Source: Eledone cirrhosa
Taxonomy: Eukaryota
Assembly (NCBI GenBank): GCA_964016885.1
Contig: CAXHJY010000970.1
Span: 1 to 64,000, forward strand
DNA: 64,000 nt
Direction of reading: 5' to 3'
Shown here piece after piece: positions 35,546 through 48,829 of this stretch. Numbering within the stretch: the first letter of the stretch is position 1; each line of letters starts with the position of its first letter. A program made the position numbers and the translations under genes. Under the pieces are notes generated by a model. It saw nothing but the letters and a program-made list of their open reading frames with translations. It was not told the DNA's origin and searched no databases.

Positions 35546-37759
35546 ATGGAATTCTTTAAGATTACTTCCTCTTTAAAAGACATACCTCTACCTAGAAACA
35601 AAGACTTTATAAAACAATTAATAGATAAATCTGACTCTTTTATAAGGAGAATCAGGTGGCGAGCATTCCACTTTGATAAATCTAATATAAATGAAAATGT
35701 CTCGGACTTAAACAAAGTTTTCAAATCTAAAAGAAATCCACCCCCTAACAAACTTTTATCTGACTTTGAAAACGATATAATTTCTATCATACAAGGGGTC
35801 AAATTCAAGAGAAACTTCAAAGGCCAGGAATATCTGAAAGGCATTAAGGATAACATTGAGAGCTTAGAGAAAACTGAGAAGATCTTGGTGAAATCTGACA
35901 AGACCAACAACCTCTATGGAGTGCAGAAAGACATGTATAATGGCCTCATACTGAAAGAGCTGAGGAAAAAGTACAAGGTAGCAGATAAGGCCGAGCTTGA
36001 GAAAATGAATGTCGAAGCATCTTGTATAATGCACGAGTTGGAAATTGAGAACAGAACACAACCTTTCGTGCCCAGGAAACCGAAGATCAATATGAAAGAT
36101 CACAAGAGGAATTTTGAAAATGACTTGCCAGTTAGATTGATCGCACCATCAAAATCGGACCTGGGCAAATTAAGCAAAAACATTCTTGACAGGGTGATAC
36201 AGCAAATTAAGAACTTGGATTGTTTATCTAACCTGAGCTTGTGGAAGGGAACTGGAGAGGTTGTTGAGTGGTTTAAGCAAATTAAATATAACAATAATAA
36301 TAAGTTTATTCAACTTGATATAGCTAACTATTATTCTTCTATTACCCCTAATCTACTAAATAAGGCACTAAATTACGCATTCAAACATACTGACCTAACT
36401 AGCAATGAAATGCATATTATATTATCGGCTAGGAAAACTTTGATGGAATTTAATGACCAACTATGGACCAGAGCAGATAGAGATAGCAATTTTGACATTA
36501 CTATGGGATCATCCGACTCAGCTCAGGTAACTGACCTTGTGGGCTTATTTTTAATCAATTCGCTACATAGGAAAATACCTGGTACTACCGGAGGTTTATA
36601 TAGAGATGACATGCTTTTACTTATTGATAATAATAACTCTGAACTAAATAGAAAATGTAAACAAATTACACAATTTTTTAATTACTTTAATCTTAAAATA
36701 GAAATTGAGAACAACCATAGAATAGTCAATTTCCTAGATATAACATTAAATCTCAACACATGTCTTCACTATCCTCTTCACAAGTTGAATGAAAACTTAA
36801 ACTATGTCAACTTTAACTCTAACCACCCCAGATCTGTCAAAAACACTATAGTAAACTCTGTTCAAAAACGTATCTCTAGGATCTCGTCGAATAGAAAGAT
36901 TTTCGACGAAAAAGCCCAATACTACAATGAAGCATTAGCTAGAGCAGGATATGCTGATAAGATTGTGTACATAGATAATGATAGACAAACTAAACAAAAT
37001 AACAACTATTTTAATTACGGCAACAACCTTAACAACTATAATAGAAAGCATTACAATAATTCCAAAGGCCAAAAAAGAAATAGAACTAGGAACATAATTT
37101 GGTTTTCCCCCCCTTTCTCACTAAACATTAAAACCCACATCGCTAAACTATTTTTTAAAGCTCTTGATAATCGCTTCCCTAGAACACATAGGTATCACTC
37201 AATTTTCAATAGACATACAATAAAATTAACCTACTCATCCACCGAAAATTTAGCACAAAATATTAATAGAATAAATAATAGGAACTTAAAACCTAGTGAT
37301 AATAGCATAAATAATATACAAGTTAACAAATGTAACTGTAGAGATAGATCTAAATGTCCGTTAAATAACAACTGCTTAGTTAAAAATATAGCATACAATT
37401 GTAATGTTAATACTGACTCTAATTCTTTTAACTACGTCGGTTCCACATCGACGGAATTTAAACTTCGCTATAATAACCACAAGAATTCTTTCACAGATCC
37501 AAGCAAAAAATCTTCAACGGCACTATCAGGCGTACTCTGGCAACTTAAGCTAGATAACGTTAGATATTCGACGGCTTGGAATATAGTCTCAAGAGGGATT
37601 CCTTTTAATTCATCCTCTGAGACATGTGACCTCTGCGCAGAGGAGATATTCTTTATACTAAAATCTAAAAATTCCCTTAATCTACGGACAAATTTATTCA
37701 GTTGCTGCAAACATAGATTAAACTCAACGTTTAAATATAAATTTAAATTTAAAATGTAG
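35546..37759 (+). CDS. Intact 737-aa PLE RT + GIY-YIG protein, Naiad-like
   Basis: SLKDIP, IRRIRW, SDKTNNLY, KDHK, RLIAPSKSDLG, LDIANYYSSI, MGSSDS, LYRDD, FLDITL, SNHP, WF.PPFS, CNCR..CPL..C, NIAY..YVGST, C.LC.EE, LN.R..CKH; clade assignment from remembered motifs. Confidence 0.9.
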   Translation: MEFFKITSSLKDIPLPRNKDFIKQLIDKSDSFIRRIRWRAFHFDKSNINENVSDLNKVFKSKRNPPPNKLLSDFENDIISIIQGVKFKRNFKGQEYLKGIKDNIESLEKTEKILVKSDKTNNLYGVQKDMYNGLILKELRKKYKVADKAELEKMNVEASCIMHELEIENRTQPFVPRKPKINMKDHKRNFENDLPVRLIAPSKSDLGKLSKNILDRVIQQIKNLDCLSNLSLWKGTGEVVEWFKQIKYNNNNKFIQLDIANYYSSITPNLLNKALNYAFKHTDLTSNEMHIILSARKTLMEFNDQLWTRADRDSNFDITMGSSDSAQVTDLVGLFLINSLHRKIPGTTGGLYRDDMLLLIDNNNSELNRKCKQITQFFNYFNLKIEIENNHRIVNFLDITLNLNTCLHYPLHKLNENLNYVNFNSNHPRSVKNTIVNSVQKRISRISSNRKIFDEKAQYYNEALARAGYADKIVYIDNDRQTKQNNNYFNYGNNLNNYNRKHYNNSKGQKRNRTRNIIWFSPPFSLNIKTHIAKLFFKALDNRFPRTHRYHSIFNRHTIKLTYSSTENLAQNINRINNRNLKPSDNSINNIQVNKCNCRDRSKCPLNNNCLVKNIAYNCNVNTDSNSFNYVGSTSTEFKLRYNNHKNSFTDPSKKSSTALSGVLWQLKLDNVRYSTAWNIVSRGIPFNSSSETCDLCAEEIFFILKSKNSLNLRTNLFSCCKHRLNSTFKYKFKFKM

Positions 37760-39110
37760 TATATTTAGTTTGATTTATAATTATATGGGAAACTAGCCGA
37801 TAAATCTTTGATTCCTTCTTTTTATTCTTTTTATTTTTATTTTTATTTTTATTTAAACATTCTTCATGAAAAATTAAGCTACCCTAAAAGTTGATGCTCC
37901 AAATATTTCGAATAAACGTTACACTAGATAAACTTCTATATTAAATATAAGAACACATGTAGACCAAATGGGCATCCTAAACTTTTTGAAATGATCTTTG
38001 CTAGATGCGATTTGATAGATAATTTTTGGCTTTATCTGTTTTTCGACTCTGATGCTTATAATGAACTTGGCAATATATTGTCAATTAATTTTGAAGGGTT
38101 GATCTTTGTGGTTTATTTTTATTTTTATTTTTATTATGGTAGTATTTTCTAATATTTTTATTTTTAATATTTTTAATATGTAATATTTTTAATATGTAAT
38201 ATTCTTTCGTAATATTTTTTAGCTTTCTATTTTATTATTACTTATTATTATTATTGTTATTTTTTAGTTTTGTTTCTGATATATATTTTTATTAGTATAT
38301 TGAAATCTGCTCTCTATTTCTGCTTGATAGATAATCTTGTAGAATAAAGACAGGAATAGTAATATTGACTCTATATATATTTGTGTGTATATATATACAC
38401 ATATATGTATACTTAAATTTTTATACCACAATGAGAATGTTTTCCGTGAACTTAGGGTTTGCAGAGTTGATCATGTAAATTCACATAGATGTTTGTAGTT
38501 ATCACATAAACATATGAATTTTTTTAAAAAAACTAAACATAAGATCATTAATTTTCACACATTATGGATACATGTCTCATTCAGGAATACTGATATTTAC
38601 AATATAGTGGCTGGTTTTTATAAATACTAATACCTCTACATTAAAACATAGGGTTTTTACGCCTCGCCTATGTCTGGTTATTTTTAAATTTTTTCTCTCT
38701 CTATATAACAGCTGGTTTCTCTCCATATATCTCCCTTACATTAATACTAGAGCTAAATAAATAAATAAATAAATAAATGTATCATTGATACGTTTACTCA
38801 ACAGACGTCCCACTACCTAGTTTTCTATATATATGTATCTATCTCTATTTCTCCTCTCTCTCTATATATATATATCTCTCTCTGTTTCTTTACATGAAGT
38901 TCTTCTCTTTATCTATCTTTCCATCTCTCTATTTTGTTCCATGCATTTCTTCTTTTTTTTCTTTTTTTTCGTTTTCTGTCTTTCTTTCCTTTTTTCTCTC
39001 TTTCTTTCTCTCTGTGTACAATTTTTTCACTGCCAATTCAACTTTTTCAAATACAAGTCGATGTTGTTACGGTATGTCGAATCTATTTATCTATAAAACT
39101 GTTTATATTG

Positions 39111-39176
39111 TATTTTGTCTGAGGAAGGCATAGCATATTGTTAATATGATATCCCTGAAATATATATAATGAAATA
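39111..39176 (+). ncRNA. Type I hammerhead ribozyme in PLE-2 pLTR (copy 2)
   Basis: Identical motif. Confidence 0.85.
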
Positions 39177-39528
39177 AATATGGTTTTATAAATATAGTTT
39201 CCATTTATTTAATATTGTAAATATACTCCAAATACTTGTCGAGTGCTTTTATATCAGTTATAAATATTTACTAGTTGTAACCCAACAATTTAAATATAAC
39301 TTTCCATGTATCTTTCTCCAATACTGTTGAGCGCTTTATATTATAACTGGAAAAATGGAATTCTTTAAGATTACTTCCTCTTTAAAAGACATACCTCTAC
39401 CTAGAAACAAAGACTTTATAAAACAATTAATAGATAAATCTGACTCTTTTATAAGGAGAATCAGGTGGCGAGCATTCCACTTTGATAAATCTAATATAAA
39501 TGAAAATGTCTCGGACTTAAACAAAGTT

Positions 39529-39529
39529 G

Positions 39530-39604
<75 letters not shown>

Positions 39605-39731
39605 GTATATATATATATGTATATATATATATATGTATATATATGTATATATATATATGTATATATATATATGTATATATATGTATATATATATATGTAT
39701 ATATATATATGTATATATATGTATATATATG

Positions 39732-39764
<33 letters not shown>

Positions 39765-39781
39765 GTATATATATGTATATA
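39529..39781. repeat. G-interrupted (TA)n microsatellite
   Basis: Directly visible. Confidence 0.95.
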
Positions 39782-40374
39782 TGACTCATTTTTCAAATGC
39801 AAGAGGGCGGTATAGAAGTGGTGGATAGCTTCGGGTACCTAGGAGATCAGATTAGCATGGGAGGAGGGCGTTCCGAGGCCATAGTATCTAGAATAAGGAC
39901 GGGTTGGAAGAAGTTTAGGGAGCTGCTTCCTCTGTTGACGAAGAAGGGTTTCTCCCTGCGTACGAAAGGCCAGTTGTATGATGCCTGTGTGAGGAGCGCG
40001 ATGCTGCATGGTAGTGAGACATGGGCAGCAACTGCAGAGGATATGCGACGGCTGGAGAGAAATGAGGCAAGCATGCTCCGTTGGATGTGCAGTGTAAATG
40101 TGCGTGAATGACCCAGCATAAATGTGTTGAGAGAGAAACTGTCTCTGAGAGGGATAGAATGTAGTGTACGGGAGAGGAGACTGAGGTGGTATGGACATGT
40201 GATGCGCATGGAGGATGACCGATGGGTGAAGAAGTGCCAAGAATTGCCAGTTGAAGGAAGACGTGGTAGAGGTAGACCACGAAAAACATGGGCGGAGGTG
40301 GTGATAACAGACCTCAGATCATTGAAACTCATGGTGGAGATGACGAGGGACCGTGACGAGTGGAGAGATGCTGT
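39782..40374 (+). mobile_element. RTE fragment related to RTE-1 (RT C-terminus), truncated at both ends, with an internal stop at ~40109
   Basis: [53 protein letters not shown]. Confidence 0.88.
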
Positions 40375-40476
40375 ACATACTTATATTTAAGTAACAACCG
40401 TACTAAGAGTGGGAAATGAAATTTCGTTTCATTTTTTCCGTTTATATATATATAGGCTGAAATACGATTCTCGATA

Positions 40477-40527
<51 letters not shown>

Positions 40528-42040
40528 CACTCACATATACACACTGGTGAATATGTAAATGGTTGCTCAATCTGGCTACTGTTATTAACTGTCAGGCTGT
40601 TGCCATGTGACCTAGTTATGTGCTGGCCCAATCAATTCTACTCCGATAATCTACTTTCCACCAAGTAAAGCGACTAAACATACTTAGACGTATTATGTGT
40701 CAGTAAACGGTTGTAACAATTTTTGTTTGCTTTCATCGATAATAATCTTTCTGAGGCGGATGACTCCTAATAATTAATCGTTTCTAACGAAGACACAAAC
40801 CCACAAATTTGGGTGTTGGAGGTTAGTCAGTTAAACTGACCTAATATTACAAATGATCTTAATTTCTCAGGATTTATTATTTTTCGATGAAGTAATGTTG
40901 TTGTTTTGTAATCAGTAGTTTATTACATTTCTAAAAATAGTTTTAAATCTTCTCTCATTGGGCTTATTTATTTATTTTTTTCCTATTCATTAAAAGTTAA
41001 TGGTAATTATAGCAGGTATCATCATCTCTGTTTGACATATTTTCCATGCTTGCATGAGTTAGACAGGCTATCACATACCTTGGAGCTAAATAGGTCAGGT
41101 GATCAAGTCTTGGTCTTAAACTTCGTTTTCTATGGTTGGATGCCAACCACTTTACAGCGTTTACTTGGAGTATTTAATCAACATGTCAGCACTGCCATTG
41201 TACAGGATGGACTAAGTGTTTTTTGTCGTGACAGCAGCACTGCCACCTTACATGGTAGACTGGATGTTTTTGTCATGACAACAGCATTACCAGATCACAG
41301 GGTGGACTGAGTGTTTTGTGTCATGACAACAGCATTATCATATTAAAGGGTGGACTAGTGTCTATATTTTTTTAATCAGAAACAAAATAGTGAAAAACTA
41401 ATCTAAATGAACTGAGTGATTAAAAAGATGGTAGAAGAGAAACAGCTGAGACTGGTGTAAAGTAAGCCTGTTTACCCTCCACGTGTCGGATAAACAATCT
41501 AATTCTAAATGATTGTCATTTATACCATGTGTTTTAGTCACTATTTTTAGTGTTCATTTTATTTATATATTTATTGTGATGTTTAGCCAGGGCAGAAGAA
41601 AGTGATAGAGAGGAAGAATCAACCCCACTATTGGACTGCTACATGTTTCTATTGGCCCTGAAAGGATTATTAACAATTTTTTCTTGTTATTCAATATTCG
41701 GCCAATTGCAACTGCATCGTTTGTGTCATCAACGAACCTAGAAGGACCAGTGCTTAACTTTTCATTTTATAGCATTAAGGCTCTTTAGATAACTTATCAT
41801 ATTAACTCTTAACGTCCTGTACTGCATGAAACCACATTAGTAAGAAATTCTTGAAAAGTATAAACTAGTATGATAACTGCATCACATTAAATGTAAGTCT
41901 GCCCACAGGTAAAGATACTATAAACGTTTGATTTAATAAACTACTTTAACAAGACATTCTTGTAAAGTTCAAAACCACACTATGACATCATCTATAATTA
42001 AAGTGTTTACTCTAATACTGCTCATTTTATATATATATAT

Positions 42041-42302
42041 GTTATACTTTGGGAGGGTCATGCTGCCAATAAAAACACACTCACATTATGGCTTTCACTT
42101 CAATTTATTATAAACTTCCAGTTGGTTAGTTTAATAACCAGATAGTTATTTATTTGTTTATTGTCAAAGCTCTTTCGTCACGCATTCTGTGACATCCTCA
42201 GTGACTAATTTGTTATTTTGTGTCTCTCCTTTGATCTGTCCTTCACCGTCTTGTTTTTGTGAGCTTAGCACAGCTCACAAAAACAAGATGGTATAGGACA
42301 GA
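42041..42302 (-). mobile_element. Diverged solo pLTR relic of a PLE-1-related family, with HHR and a terminal fold-back
   Basis: GTTATACTTTGGGAGGGTCAT..AACACACTCAC resembles PLE-1 GTTATATTTGGGGAGGGTCAT..AACACACTCAC; adjoins a short TA run. Confidence 0.7.
42163..42205 (-). ncRNA. Minimal type I hammerhead ribozyme
   Basis: Reverse complement: GTCA-CTGAGGA-T-GTCAC-AGAATGC-GTGAC-GAAA-GAGC-TT/TGAC. Confidence 0.75.
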
Positions 42303-43139
42303 GAGCTGGAATGAATGCCACAAAGCATTCTATCTGACATTCTAATGACTCTGCCAATTCATCGCCTATTTTTATATTATGGTGTTATTAAAAAATAAAA
42401 AAACTGGAAATAGAACACTTTAAAAATGTTTATTTGAAAAGACGATTTTTTTTTTAATGTCACAATCTAAACCAAGTAGAGCAAAACAAAATATTCCTTT
42501 CAAGTTAGACTAAATTGAATCTTTTTTTTTTTTTTTGGTGTGCCTTTGCGCACATGCCAACTTTGACAGTCTGTTAATACTTAAATGTTTCATGTGCTAA
42601 CAATAATCTTTAGCCAGTATTGACTACTTTACATTTCTGTTCGTAATAAATGAAAAATCTGATGTAACAATTTTTTATATGCTGGCAAAGTTTGGATCAT
42701 TATATATTTGCATGAATTATTTTATTAAAGGTTTTTTTTAATGACATCTAATTAGTTGTTATTGTTTAACCCCAAATCAGCTCTGATTAAGCAGACTTCT
42801 GAATAAAGGCAGTCAGATCTTAATCTTTCTGTTTAAGGCTAGAGTGTATCGAGGACTACATTATCTTAGATACCCTGTCTCTTTCTCTTTTTAAGATGGT
42901 AAGGTGTGATATGAAGGCATTATGGCTGCTATTTCTAGCAAATTTTGTGACCACAAAACTCCTTTATTAGCTCTTCCAACTAATTAGTTGTGTAAAATCG
43001 TACTTATGCTTATCTTTAGTATTTTTTACTATGACAAGAATATTGTGTTTGAAATTAAAAATACAATGCAGAAAACCTGTAGAAAACCTGCCAGACAGTC
43101 CTATGCGAGCAAGACAATCACTCTTGCCTCAAGTGGGAC

Positions 43140-43207
43140 TACCCCCGTCCAAACCCATGCAAGCGTGGAACACGGACGTTAAACGTTGATGATGATGATG
43201 ATGATGA
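43140..43207 (+). mobile_element. RTE 3'-tail relic (short truncated LINE or RTE-tailed SINE); similar relics at ~41015-41170(-), 46065-46107(+), 52541-52595(-), 55870-56030(-), 57550-57697(+), 59480-59655(+), 60242-60290(+), 60505-60775(+)
   Basis: CCCATGCAAGCGTGGAACACGGACGTTAAACG(TGA)n matches the RTE-1 3' end. Confidence 0.75.
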
Positions 43208-44048
43208 ATGCAATAACAGAGGACATTCACTTGACATTGACCAGAAATACGACACATGATGTGTATTGTTTTATTTCTAGATTATGATCTTTAAATGATT
43301 ACATTTCAATCTAAAATTATATTTTTAGATATCATTTCAAATAGTATTACAGAATGGATAAAATAATTTACTTTTAAATTTTTATTTTGAAATGAAGCTT
43401 GACATTTCTATCTTTATTCAGAGTATTTGTGGGTGAGTAATATACAGGGTATCAAACTAGGGAGAAGGGAGCAAAACACAAACAACCGAAGGTGATACTG
43501 CAAGGTGCTTCATAGGACTCTAGCAATTCTGCTGGACAGGTATTTTATTGACCCCCCCCCCCCCCACACACACACACATACACACAAAAAAAAGATGAAA
43601 GGCAAGATTTAATGGCCTTGGCAAGATTTCAATTCAGAACACAGAGAGCCATAATGGTGCAGTGTTACTTTATTTGCCCTAGCAACATCGGAGCAAAAAA
43701 CTTTGTTTTAAAGTGGTTTATATTTATCTAAAAACCTTCCATCATAATTTTATGTATGAATCTTTATGTTCCAAACACCAGCTTAACCATTTCGTTAATA
43801 TATTTTAAGTGAGATACTGCCTATATATAATTTTCAAATTATTTTGAAAATATATAATAATTTCACAGAATTTAGTAATACAACTTACTTTTTCATTATT
43901 AAGTTGATGTTTGGGGCATAACTTAACAAAGGTTCTTGCATAAAATTATGGAAGGTTTTTAGGTAAATATAAACATTTAAAAATAAAGTTTTGTTTTGTA
44001 AAATCAGGAGCAGATTCAAACAGTTTGGTATCAAGAGTTAGAAATTAA

Positions 44049-44342
44049 GTTTGTGAACCAAGGTTCCACTGTATTTTAATTTGTTCCTGAAGGATCTACA
44101 TCACCCAAAATATTTGTAAACCGAAACTGTTTTTCCCATATAAAGAGAAAGAAATACAGTGAGAGAGAAATTGTGTGAAAGACATAAATATCATCATAGT
44201 AACTAAACTACACAGCAAGTGATACTTTCCTGACGATACCCCCAGCTTGTTGCTAACCATTGTTGCTGGCTTGCATGTTCATTACGTCAACCAAGATGTT
44301 ATATGTTCTGAAAAATTGTTCGTGAACTGAGGTTCCACTGTA
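44049..44342. mobile_element. Tc1/mariner-type MITE with a locally inverted left end
   Basis: Shares internal sequence and CAGTGG..GTTCAC termini with 48014-48194. Confidence 0.6.
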
Positions 44343-45935
44343 GTTATACTAAATTCCTCCAAATTCTCTTATTATTTGAAAATCATAAACAATGCCTTTC
44401 ATTAGAAATGGAATAACAAAAGGGTTAAAGTGTATCTGTTGTCTAAAGAATGGTTTAAAACATAATGGAGTAATTCATTTTTATTTTCAGTTAATCGTTG
44501 TTGCTATTGTTGTTTAGCTCCAACTTTTCCCTTATCAAGTAAACCAGATCTATGATCAAACGCTTCCCAAATCCAGTCTTTTATTTTTTTTATGGCATAG
44601 TATCTCCAAACCACAATATCCAATGTATTCTTCCTTTTTATAAAACACGCGATTGTGATTTAGTTGCTTTTTTCTAGTGGGTTAAGTAATTGCATAAAAG
44701 CCTAGATATGTAGCTTTTGCAATGATTTGAGTTAACATTTCTCCTTCACAAGAACAAAAAAAAAAGTGGGGTATGAAAAAAATGTGAGAGCTGGGTGGAA
44801 GATAGAGGAACAGATATTTAAAGAAGCCAAAAATAGTGGAATAAAAAAAAAAAAAAAAAAGTAGGAAAGTGAGTATGAAAGTTATGACAGGTGCAGTGTG
44901 TGATGGCATAAAAGGTTATGTGGTTATGAAGAAAAAAAACCTACCTGACAGAATCCACTCTGAAACATTAGAAGACTAAATTAAAAGTAAAATGAATTTA
45001 TATAAAATATTGCAAGAAGACTAATGGATAGCAATAGTGAGATATTTGTTGTGAGATTACTACTCAAAAGTTCTGATTTAACTATTTCTTTTCCATGTGG
45101 ACAGCATCCCTGGGTAATTTTCTCTGGTTATTATGTTATGTTAACTCATAAGGTGCTTTGGTATTATCGGTAGATCATCAGTCAACATGCTTTGCAGCAT
45201 ATAGTTATGGCCCTTTACGTTCTGATTTCAATCCTGTCAGGGTTAACCTTGCCTTTCATCTTTATGGGGTTGATAAAATAAATGACCAGTAATGCACTAG
45301 GGTCAATTTAATCGACCCCCCCCCCCCCCCCAATATACTTACCAAAGATCAGATAATAAATATTACCCTTCTTCCCCTAACCAAATGCATAATTCTAATT
45401 TTAATTGAAATTTTGAAGTTGTTGCTTCTACCTGTCTTGATTATATTTAAAGTATTGAGTTAATTAATGATTTCCTCTCCTCACTACAGATGAGTCCCCC
45501 CACCACCAATTTAGCCATTGTCACAGAAGTTAACAATGCTAAAGTCATATGACACATTCTTAAGAGGAGGAACAATTATCCACTTCAAAATAAATAGCAA
45601 ATAAGGCAAAAAAGGAATTTCTTTTTTTTGTCTTACATTGTTTCATTGTGAGCATCTGTCAGCAGGTGCTTGTTTATGTATGGAGTTAGGTTGGAACTAC
45701 ATTACTTCACAATACCAATTAAAAATGAATATTAAAACATTACCTAGATGCTATAAAATCTAGTTTAGATAAATGTTGTGCAGTCTCATTCTGGCTGTGT
45801 AAGCTGCTTAGTTTTTGAACCAAAAAACAAACAAACAAATAAATAAATAAAGGCAGTGTAGAATGTGCTTAAGCTTAGTTGTGGGGATTTTTGCTATCAC
45901 ATCAAAGGAAAATATTCAATTCTGATCAGAAATGT

Positions 45936-46046
<111 letters not shown>

Positions 46047-46103
46047 TGTACTGAGCAGAAACTGTCCAACTCATGCAAGCATGGAACAATGGCTGTATGA
46101 CAA

Positions 46104-46144
<41 letters not shown>

Positions 46145-46680
46145 TATTATTTTACATTGATATCGTGGATTGGATGGTTGCCACAGTCCAAGGCTAGGCA
46201 TGTCTGAAAATCTTCAACCAGCGCATATGCTCAATATTTGGCATAGTTTCTCTGGCTAGGTGCCCTTCTTAACACCGAGTGTCCTCAGGGTGCATTTTAT
46301 TGTCGCACTAATACTAGGGAGGTTGCCATATGCTCAGCCAGACTGAAGAGTCTTCTCTATCCTTTGTTGTCTAATGTAACCTTGTAGAAAGCCAGTTAAA
46401 CCTACTACATATGTAACTCTCATTTATTTTTCTTCGTCTCATTATGAGCCTTTTGATTTTTTTTATATATTAGCAATAAAGTTTAATTAATTTCCAGGCC
46501 TTCCTATAACTACAACTAACAGATCTGAATATTTTAGTTCCATACATGAAATATTCTATTCTTTCACAAGAGTTGAAAGGAAAAGTACAAATATTACTTG
46601 ATTAGATAGTTACAAGCAGTTGTATCACAGAATATATAGAGACAGTTATCTTTGTAGAGTTATACATTTATATATATGTG

Positions 46681-46729
<49 letters not shown>

Positions 46730-46974
46730 ATTAGAAGATTTTGTCATAACTTTGACTAAATAAAATAAAATCTAATTCAATTTTCAAATTTTCCATATAT
46801 ATATATATATACTTACCGTGTCTTTAGATTGGATTGTCTTGAAAACGTAACCTTATTACAATAGAGATGCTGTCTGATGATATCACATGACTGGTTATGT
46901 CATTGAAATATGTATCACAGCCATGTTAATAAAGGACTCTTTAACATCTGCACCAAACTTCACATTTTCCTTAT

Positions 46975-47072
<98 letters not shown>

Positions 47073-47504
47073 TACATACATACATACATACTTTTATCAG
47101 TATTGTATTTATATTTTACTTCTCCATTGACGTCTTAGAGAGATAGCTTTGCATGACTACTCTAGTTTTCAACTTTTTATTGACAAATTATCACCATTTG
47201 TCTTATTCAAATAAAATGGTAGAATCTGTGGAAACTAGTGATGTTCCATGTTGACTATGCTGTGCCCCTGCAATAACCATTAAAAGAGTAAAAAGTATGT
47301 GTATACAGAAAAAAGGAAGGCAATTTTTAGTATATATACTCATTTTGTAACATAATTCACCAAAATGGACCGACATTGGTTTTGACAATGATTGTTCCAA
47401 CTGTTCGATCACAAAATTATTGAGTAAATGGTTGAACATTCCACAGACATGTGTACCCATAACATAATTCTCAGACATTCAACATGTCAACCCAGGGCAA
47501 TTGG

Positions 47505-47592
47505 TAAATAACACTTGCCTAAGATGCCACTCAATAGGATCGAACTGGGAACTAACTGGTTGTGAAGTGAACTTCTTAACCATTCAGCCATT
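47505..47592 (-). mobile_element. tRNA-derived SINE head relic; a second copy at ~52740-52825(-)
   Basis: Reverse complement TGGCTGAATGGTTAAGAAGTTCACTTCACAACCAG..GTTCGATCC shows A/B-box-like motifs. Confidence 0.6.
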
Positions 47593-48013
47593 GCTGTGTC
47601 CACATATTTCACTATATATGTTTGTCTATGAAATAAAGAGGGAGAAAAAGAGGTTGTAATGATAGGTGTGTATTAGTATGTATTTCTGAATATATTTTGT
47701 GGTCACAGCAAGTGCTGTAGTAGAAACCAGATATAGGTACATAATCACATACCAGACATGGGTTGTCATATGCACATAGTTTATTTCAACATACACAGGT
47801 CAAATATATAGATTATGTTAACACCTCCTTCTACTTCTGTCATTCCTCTCCTCCTCTCTCTTTGTGTGGTTTACCTTAGTTTTTGTTATTTTGTAGTGGG
47901 ACATCAAATCCACCATTGTAATATGATTGGGGTGGGGGTGGGGCAGAATTGTGCGCAGACAACATTTTAATACAAAGATAGATGTGTGTGTGTGATGTAT
48001 TTGTATGTATATA

Positions 48014-48194
48014 CAGTGGGACTTTGGTTCACAAACTTAATTCATTCCTGAAGGCCTGTCACTGGAAATGTTTGTAAACCGAAACTATTTTCCCCATAGA
48101 AAATGTTGAGAGAGAAATACAGTAAGAAAAAGTTTGGAAAAATTATTCATGAACCGATTTGTTCATGAGACATTTGTGAACTGATGTTCTACTG
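48014..48194. mobile_element. Tc1/mariner-type MITE with ~22-bp imperfect TIRs and TA flanks
   Basis: TA-CAGTGGGACTTTGGTTCACAAA ... TTTGTGAACTGATGTTCTACTG-TA. Confidence 0.7.
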
Positions 48195-48829
48195 TATATA
48201 TATGCATGTATATGTATATATATATGTATGTATGTATGTATATGTGTGTGTGTGTGTGTCTGTGTGTGTATATATATGCATGTCTCAATGTTTTATTCAG
48301 AACTTGGATTATTCAGCAGCCAAAAAAATCAATGTGACTGAAGGATAATCCAGCTTTTGAATAAAGTTATTTGACTGTGTGTTGTTTTGAATTATCTCTT
48401 GTTTAAAATTATTTTACCCTTTTTACACACGCACACATACACATGCTCACGTGCACATATATGGGTATGTGTTTTGCATGTCTGCCTGTATAAGTTTCCC
48501 TATTGTTTGCTTAATGTTTTCAAATCTGTTGTTTCCTTTCTCTCATCATTTCCACTTCTCTTTGCATTAATAAATACTTGTTGCCTATTTCACTAACCCC
48601 AGTTTATACTTTCAGTTGACATTTATTTTCTCTCCCATGGAAGATTCTACCTTAAACATTTATAGTATAAAACATATTCCACTAGTTGAACGTTTTGCTC
48701 TGTTTTTTTTTCTTTTCTATTTTGGCTTTCATAAACTATTTGTATTCTTCCAGTTTTTCAATAAATATCTCATAATGCATCTTTAAAACTATGTGGGGCC
48801 ACATATGATTACAGGAAAGAAAATTATAA

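Larger units (their letters stand above)
32784..39528 (+). mobile_element. Penelope-like element PLE-2 (Naiad-like), partial tandem: 5'-truncated copy + full copy + 174-nt tail into the ORF start; unit ~3810 bp
   Basis: ORF stops at 33948 and 37759; ORF starts at 35546 and 39355; near-identical UTRs; one HHR per unit. Confidence 0.92.

Noticed and set aside
35546-39354. Selenocysteine recoding or SECIS, reported for some Naiad PLEs
   Set aside because: No in-frame TGA in the ORF (ends TAG); no SECIS recognised
43420-43440. Possible 11-nt micro-exon (CAG-AGTATTTGTGG-GTGAGT), and a similar AG..GTAAGC segment near 51054-51097
   Set aside because: Splice-like motifs only; no coding similarity or transcript evidence
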